This document shows, one piece after another, positions 26,677-35,860 of a stretch of 64,000 nucleotides of DNA (the first letter of the stretch is position 1; every line of letters begins with the position of its first letter). The DNA is from a virus: the IMG/VR virus record IMGVR_UViG_3300009068_004979. The stretch is one strand, 5' to 3'. Under the pieces are notes generated by a model. It had not been told where the DNA came from. It did not search any database and saw only the letters and a program-made list of their open reading frames with translations. The position numbers and the translations under genes were made by a program.

Positions 26677-27417
26677 ATGATCAATAATTCTACCATCTTC
26701 CTCAGTGACGATAAGATATTCTATACAATTGAAGGTGAAGGAGAACACATAGGTAAGCCCTCTGTATTCATGAGATTATCCATGTGCAATCTCACATGTC
26801 AGGGCTTTAAATCAGCTGATGCTCCCTATGGTTGTGATAGTTTTATAAGCTGGTCAGTTAAAAATAAGCTCACAATACAAGACATTTTAAATATGCTTGA
26901 ATCTAATGGATATACGCGATATTTGCAGAATGGTGCTATTTGGAAGATAACTGGTGGTGAACCGCTTATTCAGCAGAATAAGCTTCTAGAACTTGTTGAT
27001 CAATATATATTTAGATTTGGTTATATACCGAAGATTGATTTTGAAACTAACGCTACCATTATGCCTGATCAGCAATGGCTTGATTGGAAGGCTACATTTA
27101 CAACATCACCAAAGCTGAGTAATAATGGTGATCCCGTTGAGAAGAGATATAAACCTGAAGTATTGAAATGGCATGCTAAAAATGGATCAGGGTTTAAGTT
27201 TGTTGTGAATGGGCCCACCGATCTAAATGAGGTAATGTCACGATATATCAATGATCTTGGTGTTCCAAAGCATCGTGTATGGCTCATGCCATGCTGCGGC
27301 AGCAGAGATGAACATACAGTAAAAGCTGCAGCAATCGCAGAGATTTGTAAAGAAAATAATTTTAATTTCAGTCCACGGCTACAGCTAGTCATCTGGGATA
27401 AAGCGCTCAAGGTATAA
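26677..27417 (+). CDS. queE: 7-carboxy-7-deazaguanine synthase QueE (radical SAM)
   Basis: FYTIEGEG, FMRLSMCNLTC...GCDS, ITGGEP, ETN, SPKL, KFVV, PRLQ. Confidence 0.92.
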   Translation: MINNSTIFLSDDKIFYTIEGEGEHIGKPSVFMRLSMCNLTCQGFKSADAPYGCDSFISWSVKNKLTIQDILNMLESNGYTRYLQNGAIWKITGGEPLIQQNKLLELVDQYIFRFGYIPKIDFETNATIMPDQQWLDWKATFTTSPKLSNNGDPVEKRYKPEVLKWHAKNGSGFKFVVNGPTDLNEVMSRYINDLGVPKHRVWLMPCCGSRDEHTVKAAAIAEICKENNFNFSPRLQLVIWDKALKV

Positions 27418-27421
27418 TGAG

Positions 27422-27655
27422 ATGAAATTTGTACCACGCAGAAGAACAGAATATGACAACAATGGAGTCATGACTACATATGATTATGTTACATCTGCAG
27501 ACATATTGGCACGACATGGTCAAGCATTTGCAACACAATTCCTGAGCTTTGCAACAGGATTACCGCAACTGTCTGCTGATGGTAAAATTGGTTATTATTA
27601 CGAAGATTACAAGAAAATAGCATATCGTACAGACATGTTTATCAGCAATGGCTAA
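27422..27655 (+). CDS. Hypothetical protein
   Basis: 77-aa ORF directly after queE. Confidence 0.55.
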   Translation: MKFVPRRRTEYDNNGVMTTYDYVTSADILARHGQAFATQFLSFATGLPQLSADGKIGYYYEDYKKIAYRTDMFISNG

Positions 27656-27658
27656 TTG

Positions 27659-27686
27659 TTGCAAATATTCCATAAACCATTAAAAT
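27659..27686 (+). promoter_or_regulatory. Sigma70-like promoter
   Basis: TTGCAA-N16-TAAAAT, 6 nt from ATG. Confidence 0.65.
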
Positions 27687-27692
27687 AGTATA

Positions 27693-28430
27693 ATGAGAAT
27701 TGCCATATGTGGAAGTGCTTGCCAAGGTAAAACTACTCTTGTTAACGATTTTATAAAAGCCTGGCCTAATTATAAAAAATCTGCAGAATCATACCGGGAG
27801 GCAATAAAGAAAGAAAATCTCAAGATTAACAAAGAGATCAACAAAGACAGTCAATGGAAAATTTTAAATTGTCTTATTGATGATGTTCAGAAGACAAACA
27901 AGAACGACTATGTAATTTTTGATCGGTGTCCAATTGATAATCTTGTATATTCTCTCTGGAGTTTTGAGAAACAAACATCAGATATTGATAGAGAATTTAT
28001 TGACAAATGCATTCCACTAGTTCGTGAAAGCATGAAGTTTATTGATATTATCTTCTTTGTACCCATTACAAAAGTTGCCCCGGTGCAGATTGAACCAAAA
28101 GATAATCGAGAGATTGATAAAGAATTTATAGAAGAAACAGATAATATTTTTAAGGCTATTGAATATAGCCTGATGAACAAAGGAACCTGCCCCTTCTTCA
28201 ATGATGATGATAGACCACCAATCATTGAAGTGTTTGGTTCACCAGAGCAAAGAATAGAAATTATTAAGCTATATGTTAATAAGGACGGGGATGTTGTTGA
28301 TGACGGGAGTAGTGTTTTGAGCACAGAAAATATTGATATGATGGAAAAGCTTCTCAGAGAACAAAGAGAAGCCGGTTATCAAGAGAAAATCGAACAAAAA
28401 TTAAAAAATAAAATCATCCTTGGTGAATAA
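27693..28430 (+). CDS. P-loop nucleotide kinase-like protein (AAA_28/NadR-like)
   Basis: GSACQGKTT, IFDRCPID. Confidence 0.8.
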   Translation: MRIAICGSACQGKTTLVNDFIKAWPNYKKSAESYREAIKKENLKINKEINKDSQWKILNCLIDDVQKTNKNDYVIFDRCPIDNLVYSLWSFEKQTSDIDREFIDKCIPLVRESMKFIDIIFFVPITKVAPVQIEPKDNREIDKEFIEETDNIFKAIEYSLMNKGTCPFFNDDDRPPIIEVFGSPEQRIEIIKLYVNKDGDVVDDGSSVLSTENIDMMEKLLREQREAGYQEKIEQKLKNKIILGE

Positions 28431-28438
28431 ATATTTTG

Positions 28439-28654
28439 GTGAGCGATTTCACTAAAAACTACGAGAGTATCCTTGAGAATTATGGTTGCATAAAAACAAC
28501 ACGTAGAGAATTTTATCCAAAAAATTTCAACCTTTCAGAAGACTTTGTCAATTCCTTTAAGAAAGAATACAAAAGACTAGTAGGCGAGGGTGTACACCCA
28601 CGCAGAGCTTTGCAGCGCATTAACAAAGCGCTATTGTTTCACGCAAGAGATTAA
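28439..28654 (+). CDS. Small hypothetical late protein
   Basis: TAAATA 5 nt upstream of GTG 28439; leader ending ILE. Confidence 0.5.
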   Translation: MSDFTKNYESILENYGCIKTTRREFYPKNFNLSEDFVNSFKKEYKRLVGEGVHPRRALQRINKALLFHARD

Positions 28655-29349
28655 TAGGTATATAGCATTCTCCAATAAACATTGGATGTTGTTACAACAC
28701 CAGCTACATTTATTGTAAAGTTTAGCGCCTGGCCCACCTGTGTAATAGAGCTCACATAAGGTGCACCAGAAAGACTCACATCAGCTGCTACTGTAAAATG
28801 TGAAGGCTTGATAACTGTTGCATTTCCTATGTCTGGGTAGTTTGTAAAAAAGCTTCCGATGCTGATAGTCTGCGGTGTATTATTGGAGAATTGTGTTGCA
28901 CTATATAGATCAATTATTCTCTTATAGACTGTGCTTTGATATGCTGTAACAGCAGGAACAAATATTTGTGTTATAGATGTATAATCAGGCGAACCTGATA
29001 ACACATATGAGGCACTTGTCACAAGCCCGTTTACTACAGAAAAAAAGTTATTATATGTTGGAGTAGGAGCTAGTGATGTTGTAGTGCCCTGTACACCATT
29101 AGAGAAGAATGCTGCTCCAGATATAGATTGTGAGTTTAATGATGTTATTGTAAAACCATTGCCTGTCAAATCGCCTGTAACAGTAGCATTACCAGCTATA
29201 TCTGCACGCACAACATTAAAATTCTGAAAAGGAATAGTCTGTGTTCCATTCTGTGTCTGCAGAATAACGAGATCTCCATCTACTGCTTCTTGAGCTTGCG
29301 GAAGATTGCCGATATTTACGTAGATGCTATTTGATTTATTAATGGCCAT
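28651..29349 (-). CDS. Putative virion structural protein (Ser/Thr-rich, beta-rich)
   Basis: TATAAATA 6 nt upstream; NIGNLPQA...GDLVIL N-terminal module seen in tail/fibre proteins. Confidence 0.55.
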   Translation of the reverse strand: MAINKSNSIYVNIGNLPQAQEAVDGDLVILQTQNGTQTIPFQNFNVVRADIAGNATVTGDLTGNGFTITSLNSQSISGAAFFSNGVQGTTTSLAPTPTYNNFFSVVNGLVTSASYVLSGSPDYTSITQIFVPAVTAYQSTVYKRIIDLYSATQFSNNTPQTISIGSFFTNYPDIGNATVIKPSHFTVAADVSLSGAPYVSSITQVGQALNFTINVAGVVTTSNVYWRMLYTY

Positions 29350-29382
29350 CGTTAATATTTATATTATAATATAGTATTATAT

Positions 29383-30198
29383 ATGGGAAAAATAGGTATT
29401 GGTATAGTTACATGCAACAGACCTGAATTCTTTCTAAAGTGTTTAAGATCAATTCCTGATGATAATCTAATAGCTGTAGTAAATGATGGAAGCGATTTTG
29501 AAGATATAAGTAGACTTCAGAAAGAGAAAGCGTTTACATATTTTCATAACGAGAAAAACATTGGCGTAGGCAGGTCAAAAAATAAACTTTTCCGCTATCT
29601 TCTAGATAGCGATTGTGACCATATTTTTATAATAGAAGATGATATCATAGTAAAAGATTCAAAAGTATTTGATGCTTATATTCAAGCACGCAATATTACT
29701 GGCATTCAGCACTTCAATTTTGGATATCATGGCCCTGCCAATAAGAATGGTGTATCTGGCGGCCCGCCAAAGCCACGATTCATTGTTGACTACGGTGACA
29801 TGAAGATTGCTATAAATCAACACAGCGTTGGTGCATTCTGTTATTACACAAAAGAGTCACTCGAAAAAGCAGGTCTAATTGATGAAGAGTTCACAAATGC
29901 ATTTGAGCATGTGGAGCATGACTACAGGCTACATAAAGCGGGGTTTGCACCACCATATTGGAATTTTGCAGATTTAGCCAACAGTATGGATTATCTTGAT
30001 GAGATTGAATGTTCTGAAAAGAGTAGCGCTATTCGTCCAAGAAGTGATTGGATGGATAATATAAAAAGAGGTGTAGAAACCTTTAAAAAGAAACATGGCT
30101 ATTTACCTGCATGGCAAGGCTGTGTGCCTGATTCTTCAGAATCTCAAGTAAAGGATATATTGAAAAAAATCTATAAAAAACATTCTATAAAGAATTGA
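29383..30198 (+). CDS. Glycosyltransferase family 2
   Basis: IVTCNR, VVNDG, NIGVGRSKN, IIEDD, EHVEH. Confidence 0.88.
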   Translation: MGKIGIGIVTCNRPEFFLKCLRSIPDDNLIAVVNDGSDFEDISRLQKEKAFTYFHNEKNIGVGRSKNKLFRYLLDSDCDHIFIIEDDIIVKDSKVFDAYIQARNITGIQHFNFGYHGPANKNGVSGGPPKPRFIVDYGDMKIAINQHSVGAFCYYTKESLEKAGLIDEEFTNAFEHVEHDYRLHKAGFAPPYWNFADLANSMDYLDEIECSEKSSAIRPRSDWMDNIKRGVETFKKKHGYLPAWQGCVPDSSESQVKDILKKIYKKHSIKN

Positions 30199-30222
30199 TT
30201 TTATAACATTTTATATTACAAT
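30195..30222 (+). promoter_or_regulatory. Sigma70-like promoter for the sugar operon
   Basis: TTGATT-N16-TACAAT, 6 nt from ATG. Confidence 0.7.
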
Positions 30223-30228
30223 ATTATT

Positions 30229-30663
30229 ATGGAACGCAAATACCTGCCAACTTTTTCCGAATTAGTAGATCGCTTAACCATTGTTCTGCTTAAGAGCATC
30301 TTTATCCCGCAAAATAAAAAACAATACGACCAGGAGATAGTCGATATTAAGCATGATATTGACGTAATAATTAAAGAGAAAAATCTTGTACTCAATAGTG
30401 ACATCATCAAGTCTGTTTGTATTATTATGCTTGCCAATAGATACATCTGGGAGAACGAAAGCAAGTGCCGCACAGGAGAATCCCAAGACCTATCATTACT
30501 CAAACTCACGCACTCAATTAATGGCATTCGCAATACAGCAAAAAATATCTTAGCAAAAGAATTTAAAGAACGCCAGGATCTTAAAATTGATTGTCTTGCT
30601 GCTGAGCTTCTTTCAGATTTTCAAAACTGGGATATTTTCAAAGATTATGAAAACAAAAAATAA
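30229..30663 (+). CDS. Hypothetical helical protein
   Basis: SELVDRLTI..LK...N..IW..E...R...N..R...KN pattern often seen next to glycosyltransferases. Confidence 0.6.
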   Translation: MERKYLPTFSELVDRLTIVLLKSIFIPQNKKQYDQEIVDIKHDIDVIIKEKNLVLNSDIIKSVCIIMLANRYIWENESKCRTGESQDLSLLKLTHSINGIRNTAKNILAKEFKERQDLKIDCLAAELLSDFQNWDIFKDYENKK

Positions 30664-30988
30664 GAATAAAAAAGATATGCCTTTTGGCGAATATTATAAA
30701 CACTATCTCAAGAAGCATACAAACTTAATCAACAGGCGCTTGCATGTTATCGGCCAGCTCACAACAATCGGATATGTGACTACCGCTATCTATCTTGCAG
30801 CTACGCATAATCTCGGATGGTTGCTTCTCCTCATAGGAGCACCCTTTGTTGTATATCCTTTTGCATGGTCAGGTCATTTTTTCTTTGAGAAGAATAAACC
30901 TGCTGCGTTTAAGAACCCATGGAAAGCTAAAGCTGCTGACTGGGTTATGCTCAAAGATATTCTCCTAGGTAGAATTAAGCTTTTTTAA
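30647..30988 (+). CDS. DUF962/Mpo1-like membrane protein
   Basis: YLKKH..INRRLHVIG, YPFAWSGHFFFEKNKPA. Confidence 0.8.
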   Translation: MKTKNKNKKDMPFGEYYKHYLKKHTNLINRRLHVIGQLTTIGYVTTAIYLAATHNLGWLLLLIGAPFVVYPFAWSGHFFFEKNKPAAFKNPWKAKAADWVMLKDILLGRIKLF

Positions 30989-31518
30989 TGAGAATAAAAG
31001 AAGCAAGTAACACCATACAAGATCTTCTTGTATTTGAGCCTACTGTTTACAGAGATCACAGAGGTGAAAACGTTGAAACATTTAACCCTGAATTTTTCGA
31101 AAAAGCACTTTGCATTGTTGATGAGATACGGACTAACAATCTCAAATTTACAATAGATTCATTTTCGTTTTCCAGAAAAAATGTATTACGTGGGTTTCAT
31201 GGTGACACAAAAGCATGGAAATTAATTCAATGCGTGCAAGGTAGCATATATTTTGCTGTGGTCGATCTTCGTAAAGACTCACCCACATATAAAAAAGTAC
31301 AGACTTTTACTATAGATGATAAAAACCGCTATCAAGTACTTGTGCCTCGCGGGTGTGTTAACGCGCATCTCTGCTTAACAGATACTTGTATTTTTAACTA
31401 TAAGCTCACTTATGGATATGTTCAGCAACATGATCAGATTACATTAAAATGGAATGATCCAGAATATAAAATATTCTGGCCTATTAAAGAACCTATTCTA
31501 TCATTAAGAGATTCATGA
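30988..31518 (+). CDS. rmlC: dTDP-4-dehydrorhamnose 3,5-epimerase-like (RmlC cupin)
   Basis: DHRG, SRKNVLRGFH, VDLRKDSPTY, KWNDP...WP. Confidence 0.88.
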   Translation: MRIKEASNTIQDLLVFEPTVYRDHRGENVETFNPEFFEKALCIVDEIRTNNLKFTIDSFSFSRKNVLRGFHGDTKAWKLIQCVQGSIYFAVVDLRKDSPTYKKVQTFTIDDKNRYQVLVPRGCVNAHLCLTDTCIFNYKLTYGYVQQHDQITLKWNDPEYKIFWPIKEPILSLRDS

Positions 31519-32462
31519 AAAACACAGTACTTATCACCGGCGGAGCCGGCTACATTGGAACAAAGTTAGTTCAAAAACTAGCAACACTAGATAGCGTAAA
31601 AAAGGTTATTGTTTATGATAATCTTATGTATAAACAAGATGGGCTGTTTCCGTTTCTTTGCGATCCAAAAATTGAGTTTGTTTATGGCGATGTCAGAGAA
31701 GAAAAAAAGCTTGAGAAGCTTGTTCAAGAAGCTGATGTCATTATACCATTAGCAGCCATAGTAGGATTTCCTGCTTGTGCCAAAGACCCTGATACAGCTA
31801 ATAAAATTAATAACCTGCACGTTCAGCTTATCGTAAATAAAGCTCGTAAAGATACAAAAATAATCTATCCCAATACAAACAGCGGATATGGCGTTGGTGA
31901 GGATGGTGTATATTGTACAGAGAAAACACCTTTGAATCCTATTTCAGTCTACGGTGTAACAAAATGTGCAGCAGAAAAAAGCGTACTCGATACTGGCGGT
32001 GTATCCTTTAGACTTGCTACCGTATTTGGTGTATCGCCTCGCTTCAGAAAAGATTTATTGGTTAATAATTTTGTGCTCAAAGCTCTCACTGATCGGTATG
32101 TTGTACTTTTTGAAAGTCATTTTAAGCGAAACTATATCCATGTAAATGATGTTGTTAAAGCATTTATAACAATGATCGACCAATATGATCAGCACCGTGG
32201 TGAGCCGTTCAATGTTGGCCTCTCCACTGCAAACCTTTCCAAACTCGAGCTTTGTGAAAAAATTAAACAATATATTCCTGATTTTGTTATTACAACTAAT
32301 GAATTTAGTCGAGATCTAGATAAACGAAACTACATTGTGAGTAACGATAAGCTAGAAGCAACAGGCTGGATTCCTGACTGTGACCTAGATTATGGAATTC
32401 AAGAATTGATCAAAGCGTATCCTGTATTAATTAATACAGATACAAAATATACAAATTTATGA
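31515..32462 (+). CDS. NAD-dependent nucleotide-sugar epimerase/dehydratase/reductase
   Basis: TGGAGYIG, LAAIVG, YGVTK, RNYIHVND. Confidence 0.92.
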   Translation: MKNTVLITGGAGYIGTKLVQKLATLDSVKKVIVYDNLMYKQDGLFPFLCDPKIEFVYGDVREEKKLEKLVQEADVIIPLAAIVGFPACAKDPDTANKINNLHVQLIVNKARKDTKIIYPNTNSGYGVGEDGVYCTEKTPLNPISVYGVTKCAAEKSVLDTGGVSFRLATVFGVSPRFRKDLLVNNFVLKALTDRYVVLFESHFKRNYIHVNDVVKAFITMIDQYDQHRGEPFNVGLSTANLSKLELCEKIKQYIPDFVITTNEFSRDLDKRNYIVSNDKLEATGWIPDCDLDYGIQELIKAYPVLINTDTKYTNL

Positions 32463-33979
32463 GTAAAATTGACGTTCTTTTTGTTGAAACAAATAATTCT
32501 AAAGAAGCATATCAGGCATTAGCTGATACATATGCAGCTATTGAAACACCAACATGGAGTCTGCTTCTTGCTCAAAGCTGCAGATCTGTTGGCTATAAGG
32601 TAGCTATTCTCGATGCAAATGCAGAACGCTTAACTGATGATCAAACTGTTGCAAGAATTGCAGAGCACGATCCACGTCTCGTTGTGCTTGTAATGTATGG
32701 GCAGAATCCTAATTCAGGTACTACTAGCATGATTGGTGCATATAGAGTTAGTGGTAAGCTCAAAGCTACATATCCGCAATATCCGGTGTGCATGGTAGGA
32801 TCTCATGTGAGTGCATTACCTGAAGAAGTAGGATCCAAACCTCAAGTAGATTTTATTCTTCTAAACGAAGGTGTATATGCGCTACGCAATCTACTTAAAA
32901 CGAATTTTAAAGATAATCTTGATAAAGTTAACGGTATTGGCTGGAAGCTGCAAGGAAATCTTATTTTGAATCCACCAGAATTTGTTGTACCACAAGACAG
33001 AATGGATATTGATCTCCCCGGATATGCATGGGATTTGTTACCCTATAAAAACAAACCGTTTGATCTTTACCGTGCACACTTCTGGCATACAAACTTTACA
33101 CATGAAACACGCACACCATTTGCAGCTATCTATACCAGCCTAGGCTGTAGATTTGGTTGTGACTTCTGCATGATAAATATTCTTAATCGTAATAGTAACG
33201 AACCCGGTAGAGTTTCTTCTGATAGTAAGGTTATGCGCTTCTGGTCACCGGGGTTCATTCTTAAAGAATTTGAAAAGCTCGCCTCTTATGGTGTTGAAAC
33301 CGTGCGCATTTCCGATGAAATGTTCTTTCTCGATAAGCGCTATTTTGAACCATTACTCAATGGTATTATTAGCAAAGGCCTTAAATTTAATATGTGGTCA
33401 TACTCTAGAATTGATACCGTTAGACCACAGTATCTAGAGTTATTTAAAAAAGCCGGTATTAATTGGCTTGCTCTCGGTGTTGAAGCTGCAAACCAAGATA
33501 TTCGTTTCGAAATAAGTAAAGGATCGTTTAAGAATATTAATATCAGACAAATTGTAAATGATATTTCTCAGTATGATATTAATATTATTAGCAATTACAT
33601 CTTCGGCTTCCCAAGTGATACAATTGAAACAATGCAGCAAACACTAGATCTTGCTCTTGAGTTGAATACAGAAACAGCAAACATGTATCCTTGCCAAGCT
33701 CTACCAGGAAGCCCGTTGCATCGTACAGCTAAAGAAAAAGGCTGGAAGCTTCCTGATTCACCAGAAGGGTATGCTTTCTTGAGTTATGAGAGTGAACCAC
33801 TGCCAACTAATCACTGTACAAGCGCTGAAGTAGTCGCATTTCGAGATGCTGCTTGGCAGAAATATTTTACCAGTCCTGCATATCTTGAACTAGTAGAGCG
33901 TAAATTCGGTCAGCAGCAGAGATTAAATGTTGAAGATATGGCTCGAGTGCCTCTCAAGAGAAAAGTATTAGGGCATTAA
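32459..33979 (+). CDS. Cobalamin-binding radical SAM protein
   Basis: N-terminal B12-binding-like domain (VGSH), CRFGCDFC, LGVE, IFGFP, PGSPL. Confidence 0.88.
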   Translation: MSKIDVLFVETNNSKEAYQALADTYAAIETPTWSLLLAQSCRSVGYKVAILDANAERLTDDQTVARIAEHDPRLVVLVMYGQNPNSGTTSMIGAYRVSGKLKATYPQYPVCMVGSHVSALPEEVGSKPQVDFILLNEGVYALRNLLKTNFKDNLDKVNGIGWKLQGNLILNPPEFVVPQDRMDIDLPGYAWDLLPYKNKPFDLYRAHFWHTNFTHETRTPFAAIYTSLGCRFGCDFCMINILNRNSNEPGRVSSDSKVMRFWSPGFILKEFEKLASYGVETVRISDEMFFLDKRYFEPLLNGIISKGLKFNMWSYSRIDTVRPQYLELFKKAGINWLALGVEAANQDIRFEISKGSFKNINIRQIVNDISQYDINIISNYIFGFPSDTIETMQQTLDLALELNTETANMYPCQALPGSPLHRTAKEKGWKLPDSPEGYAFLSYESEPLPTNHCTSAEVVAFRDAAWQKYFTSPAYLELVERKFGQQQRLNVEDMARVPLKRKVLGH

Positions 33980-34662
33980 TGCTAGGCATTATTGCTGCTA
34001 TGGATACCGAGGCATCCGGTATTCTTGAGATATTAAAAGAAAAAAAGCATAATATTATTGGAAGCAAGAACGTTTATTCTGGTAAAATAAACGAAAAACC
34101 AGTAGCTGTCTTTATAAGTGGATGTGGAAAAGTAAATGCTGCATTTAGTACAACAATATTATTAACACAGAGCACAATAAAAAATGTTGTAATGATAGGG
34201 GTCGCCGGTGCACTTAAAAATAATTTAAATATAGGCGATATTATAATTGGCAATTCTTTTGTACAGCACGATATGGATGCCCGTCCCCTTTGCAAGAGAT
34301 TTGAGATTCCATATGAAAAAGAGAGTATCTTTTATGCAGATAATACCCTACATCAAGCAATATACAGTGCTGCAGAAAAAACTGGCAGAAAAACTATAAG
34401 CGGGCAGATTGCCTCTGGTGATTTATTCCTTTCAAATATTACCCAGAAAAAAGAATTAACAACCGAGCTTGGAGATGCTTTATGTGTTGACATGGAGACT
34501 GCAGCAGTTGCGCAAGCCTGCAAATTTGCCAATATACCCTTTGGAGCTGCAAGAATAATATCAGATGCAGCAGACAACAGCGCACATATTGATTTTAATG
34601 TATTTGTAAAAGAAACAGCATCAGTTGCTTGTGCAGAAATTATAAAAAATCTGTTAACATAG
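33979..34662 (+). CDS. mtnN: 5'-methylthioadenosine/SAH nucleosidase
   Basis: GIIAAMDTE, SGCGKVNAA, GVAG, VQHDMD, VDMETAA, RIISD. Confidence 0.92.
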   Translation: MLGIIAAMDTEASGILEILKEKKHNIIGSKNVYSGKINEKPVAVFISGCGKVNAAFSTTILLTQSTIKNVVMIGVAGALKNNLNIGDIIIGNSFVQHDMDARPLCKRFEIPYEKESIFYADNTLHQAIYSAAEKTGRKTISGQIASGDLFLSNITQKKELTTELGDALCVDMETAAVAQACKFANIPFGAARIISDAADNSAHIDFNVFVKETASVACAEIIKNLLT

Positions 34663-34676
34663 TTTATTTTAACAAG

Positions 34677-34704
34677 TTGAATTGCAAGAAAAATAGACTA
34701 TAAT
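34677..34704 (+). promoter_or_regulatory. Sigma70-like promoter for the second half of the sugar cluster
   Basis: TTGAAT-N16-TATAAT; 3 nt from ATG 34708, 12 nt from ATG 34717. Confidence 0.65.
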
Positions 34705-34707
34705 ATT

Positions 34708-35322
34708 ATGAGTATTATGAGTCTGACTAAACAAGATCTTATTTCGTTTGAGGAAGATATTGCTAACGAATTTAATAATAAAAAGATACAAGCACCTGTT
34801 CACTTGTACTACGGTAACGAAGATCAAATTATTGATGTTTTCAAAAAGATTAGACCGCAAGACTGGGTCCTTTGTACTTGGCGCTCTCACTATCAGTGCC
34901 TACTCAAAGGTGTCCCGCCAGAAGAAGTAAAAAGCGAGATCATGTCTGGCAGATCTATTACACTTTGCTTTCCAGAATATAAGATATTTTCCTCTGCTAT
35001 AGTAACAGGCGTAATACCCATTGGTGTTGGCCTGGCCATGGCCGCTAAACGTTTAAATAAAGATCAAAAAGTTTATGTGTTTGTCGGTGAAATGACTTCT
35101 GAAACAGGCAGCATGCATGAATGTGTAAAATATAGCATCAATCATGAATTACCCATTCATTTTGTTGTTGAAGACAATGGTAAATCTGTTTGTACTGATA
35201 CACGAGAGACTTGGAAGATGAACACCTTAACATATGAGAATGCTTCTTCAGATTATATAACATACTATAAATACGAAACCAAATACCCGCATGCAGGAGC
35301 AGGACAAAGAGTACAATTTTAA
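34708..35322 (+). CDS. ThDP-dependent dehydrogenase E1 alpha-like subunit (short)
   Basis: PVHLYYGNE, TWRSHY, GEMTSETG...EDN ThDP motif variant, YPHAG. Confidence 0.85.
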   Translation: MSIMSLTKQDLISFEEDIANEFNNKKIQAPVHLYYGNEDQIIDVFKKIRPQDWVLCTWRSHYQCLLKGVPPEEVKSEIMSGRSITLCFPEYKIFSSAIVTGVIPIGVGLAMAAKRLNKDQKVYVFVGEMTSETGSMHECVKYSINHELPIHFVVEDNGKSVCTDTRETWKMNTLTYENASSDYITYYKYETKYPHAGAGQRVQF

Positions 35323-35323
35323 T

Positions 35324-35860
35324 ATGAAATATTTTGACGAACTAAAACGCTCTATGGAGTATCTTGCTTCTTATGAATCTGTAGTATTCCTGGGTCAAGC
35401 AGTGAAGGTTGCAGGTACAGGCATGAGCAATACTCTTAAAGATGTTTCTCAAGATAAACGAATAGAGTTGCCTGTTTGTGAGGATATGCAAATGGGAATA
35501 ACGAACGGATTAGCAATGAATGGGTTTATTCCAGTTACATTATTTCCTAGATGGAACTTTCTCATGCTAGCAACAAATCAAATCGTAAATCATCTTGATA
35601 AAATTCCTATTATGACACAACATAGGGTTGAACCTAAAGTTATAATTAGAACATCTGTAGGATCAGAGAGACCCTTACATCCGCAGCATCAGCACGTTGG
35701 TGACTTTACTGAAGGCTACAGAAAATTGCTTACCAATATTGAAGTTCTAAGATTAGAAGAACCAGATGAAATATTTCCAGCTTATCAAAGAGCCTTGCAC
35801 CGCGAAGATGGTAAGTGTACAATATTGGTAGAATATGGAGACTATTACAATGAAAAATAA
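35324..35860 (+). CDS. ThDP-dependent E1 beta/transketolase pyrimidine-binding subunit (short)
   Basis: FLGQ, IELPVCE, GLAMNG, NQIVN, QH; lacks the C-terminal domain. Confidence 0.82.
   Translation: MKYFDELKRSMEYLASYESVVFLGQAVKVAGTGMSNTLKDVSQDKRIELPVCEDMQMGITNGLAMNGFIPVTLFPRWNFLMLATNQIVNHLDKIPIMTQHRVEPKVIIRTSVGSERPLHPQHQHVGDFTEGYRKLLTNIEVLRLEEPDEIFPAYQRALHREDGKCTILVEYGDYYNEK

Noticed and set aside
34708-35860. Pyruvate dehydrogenase as a central-metabolism auxiliary gene
   Set aside because: Subunits are truncated, no E2/E3 is present, and the context is nucleotide-sugar biosynthesis
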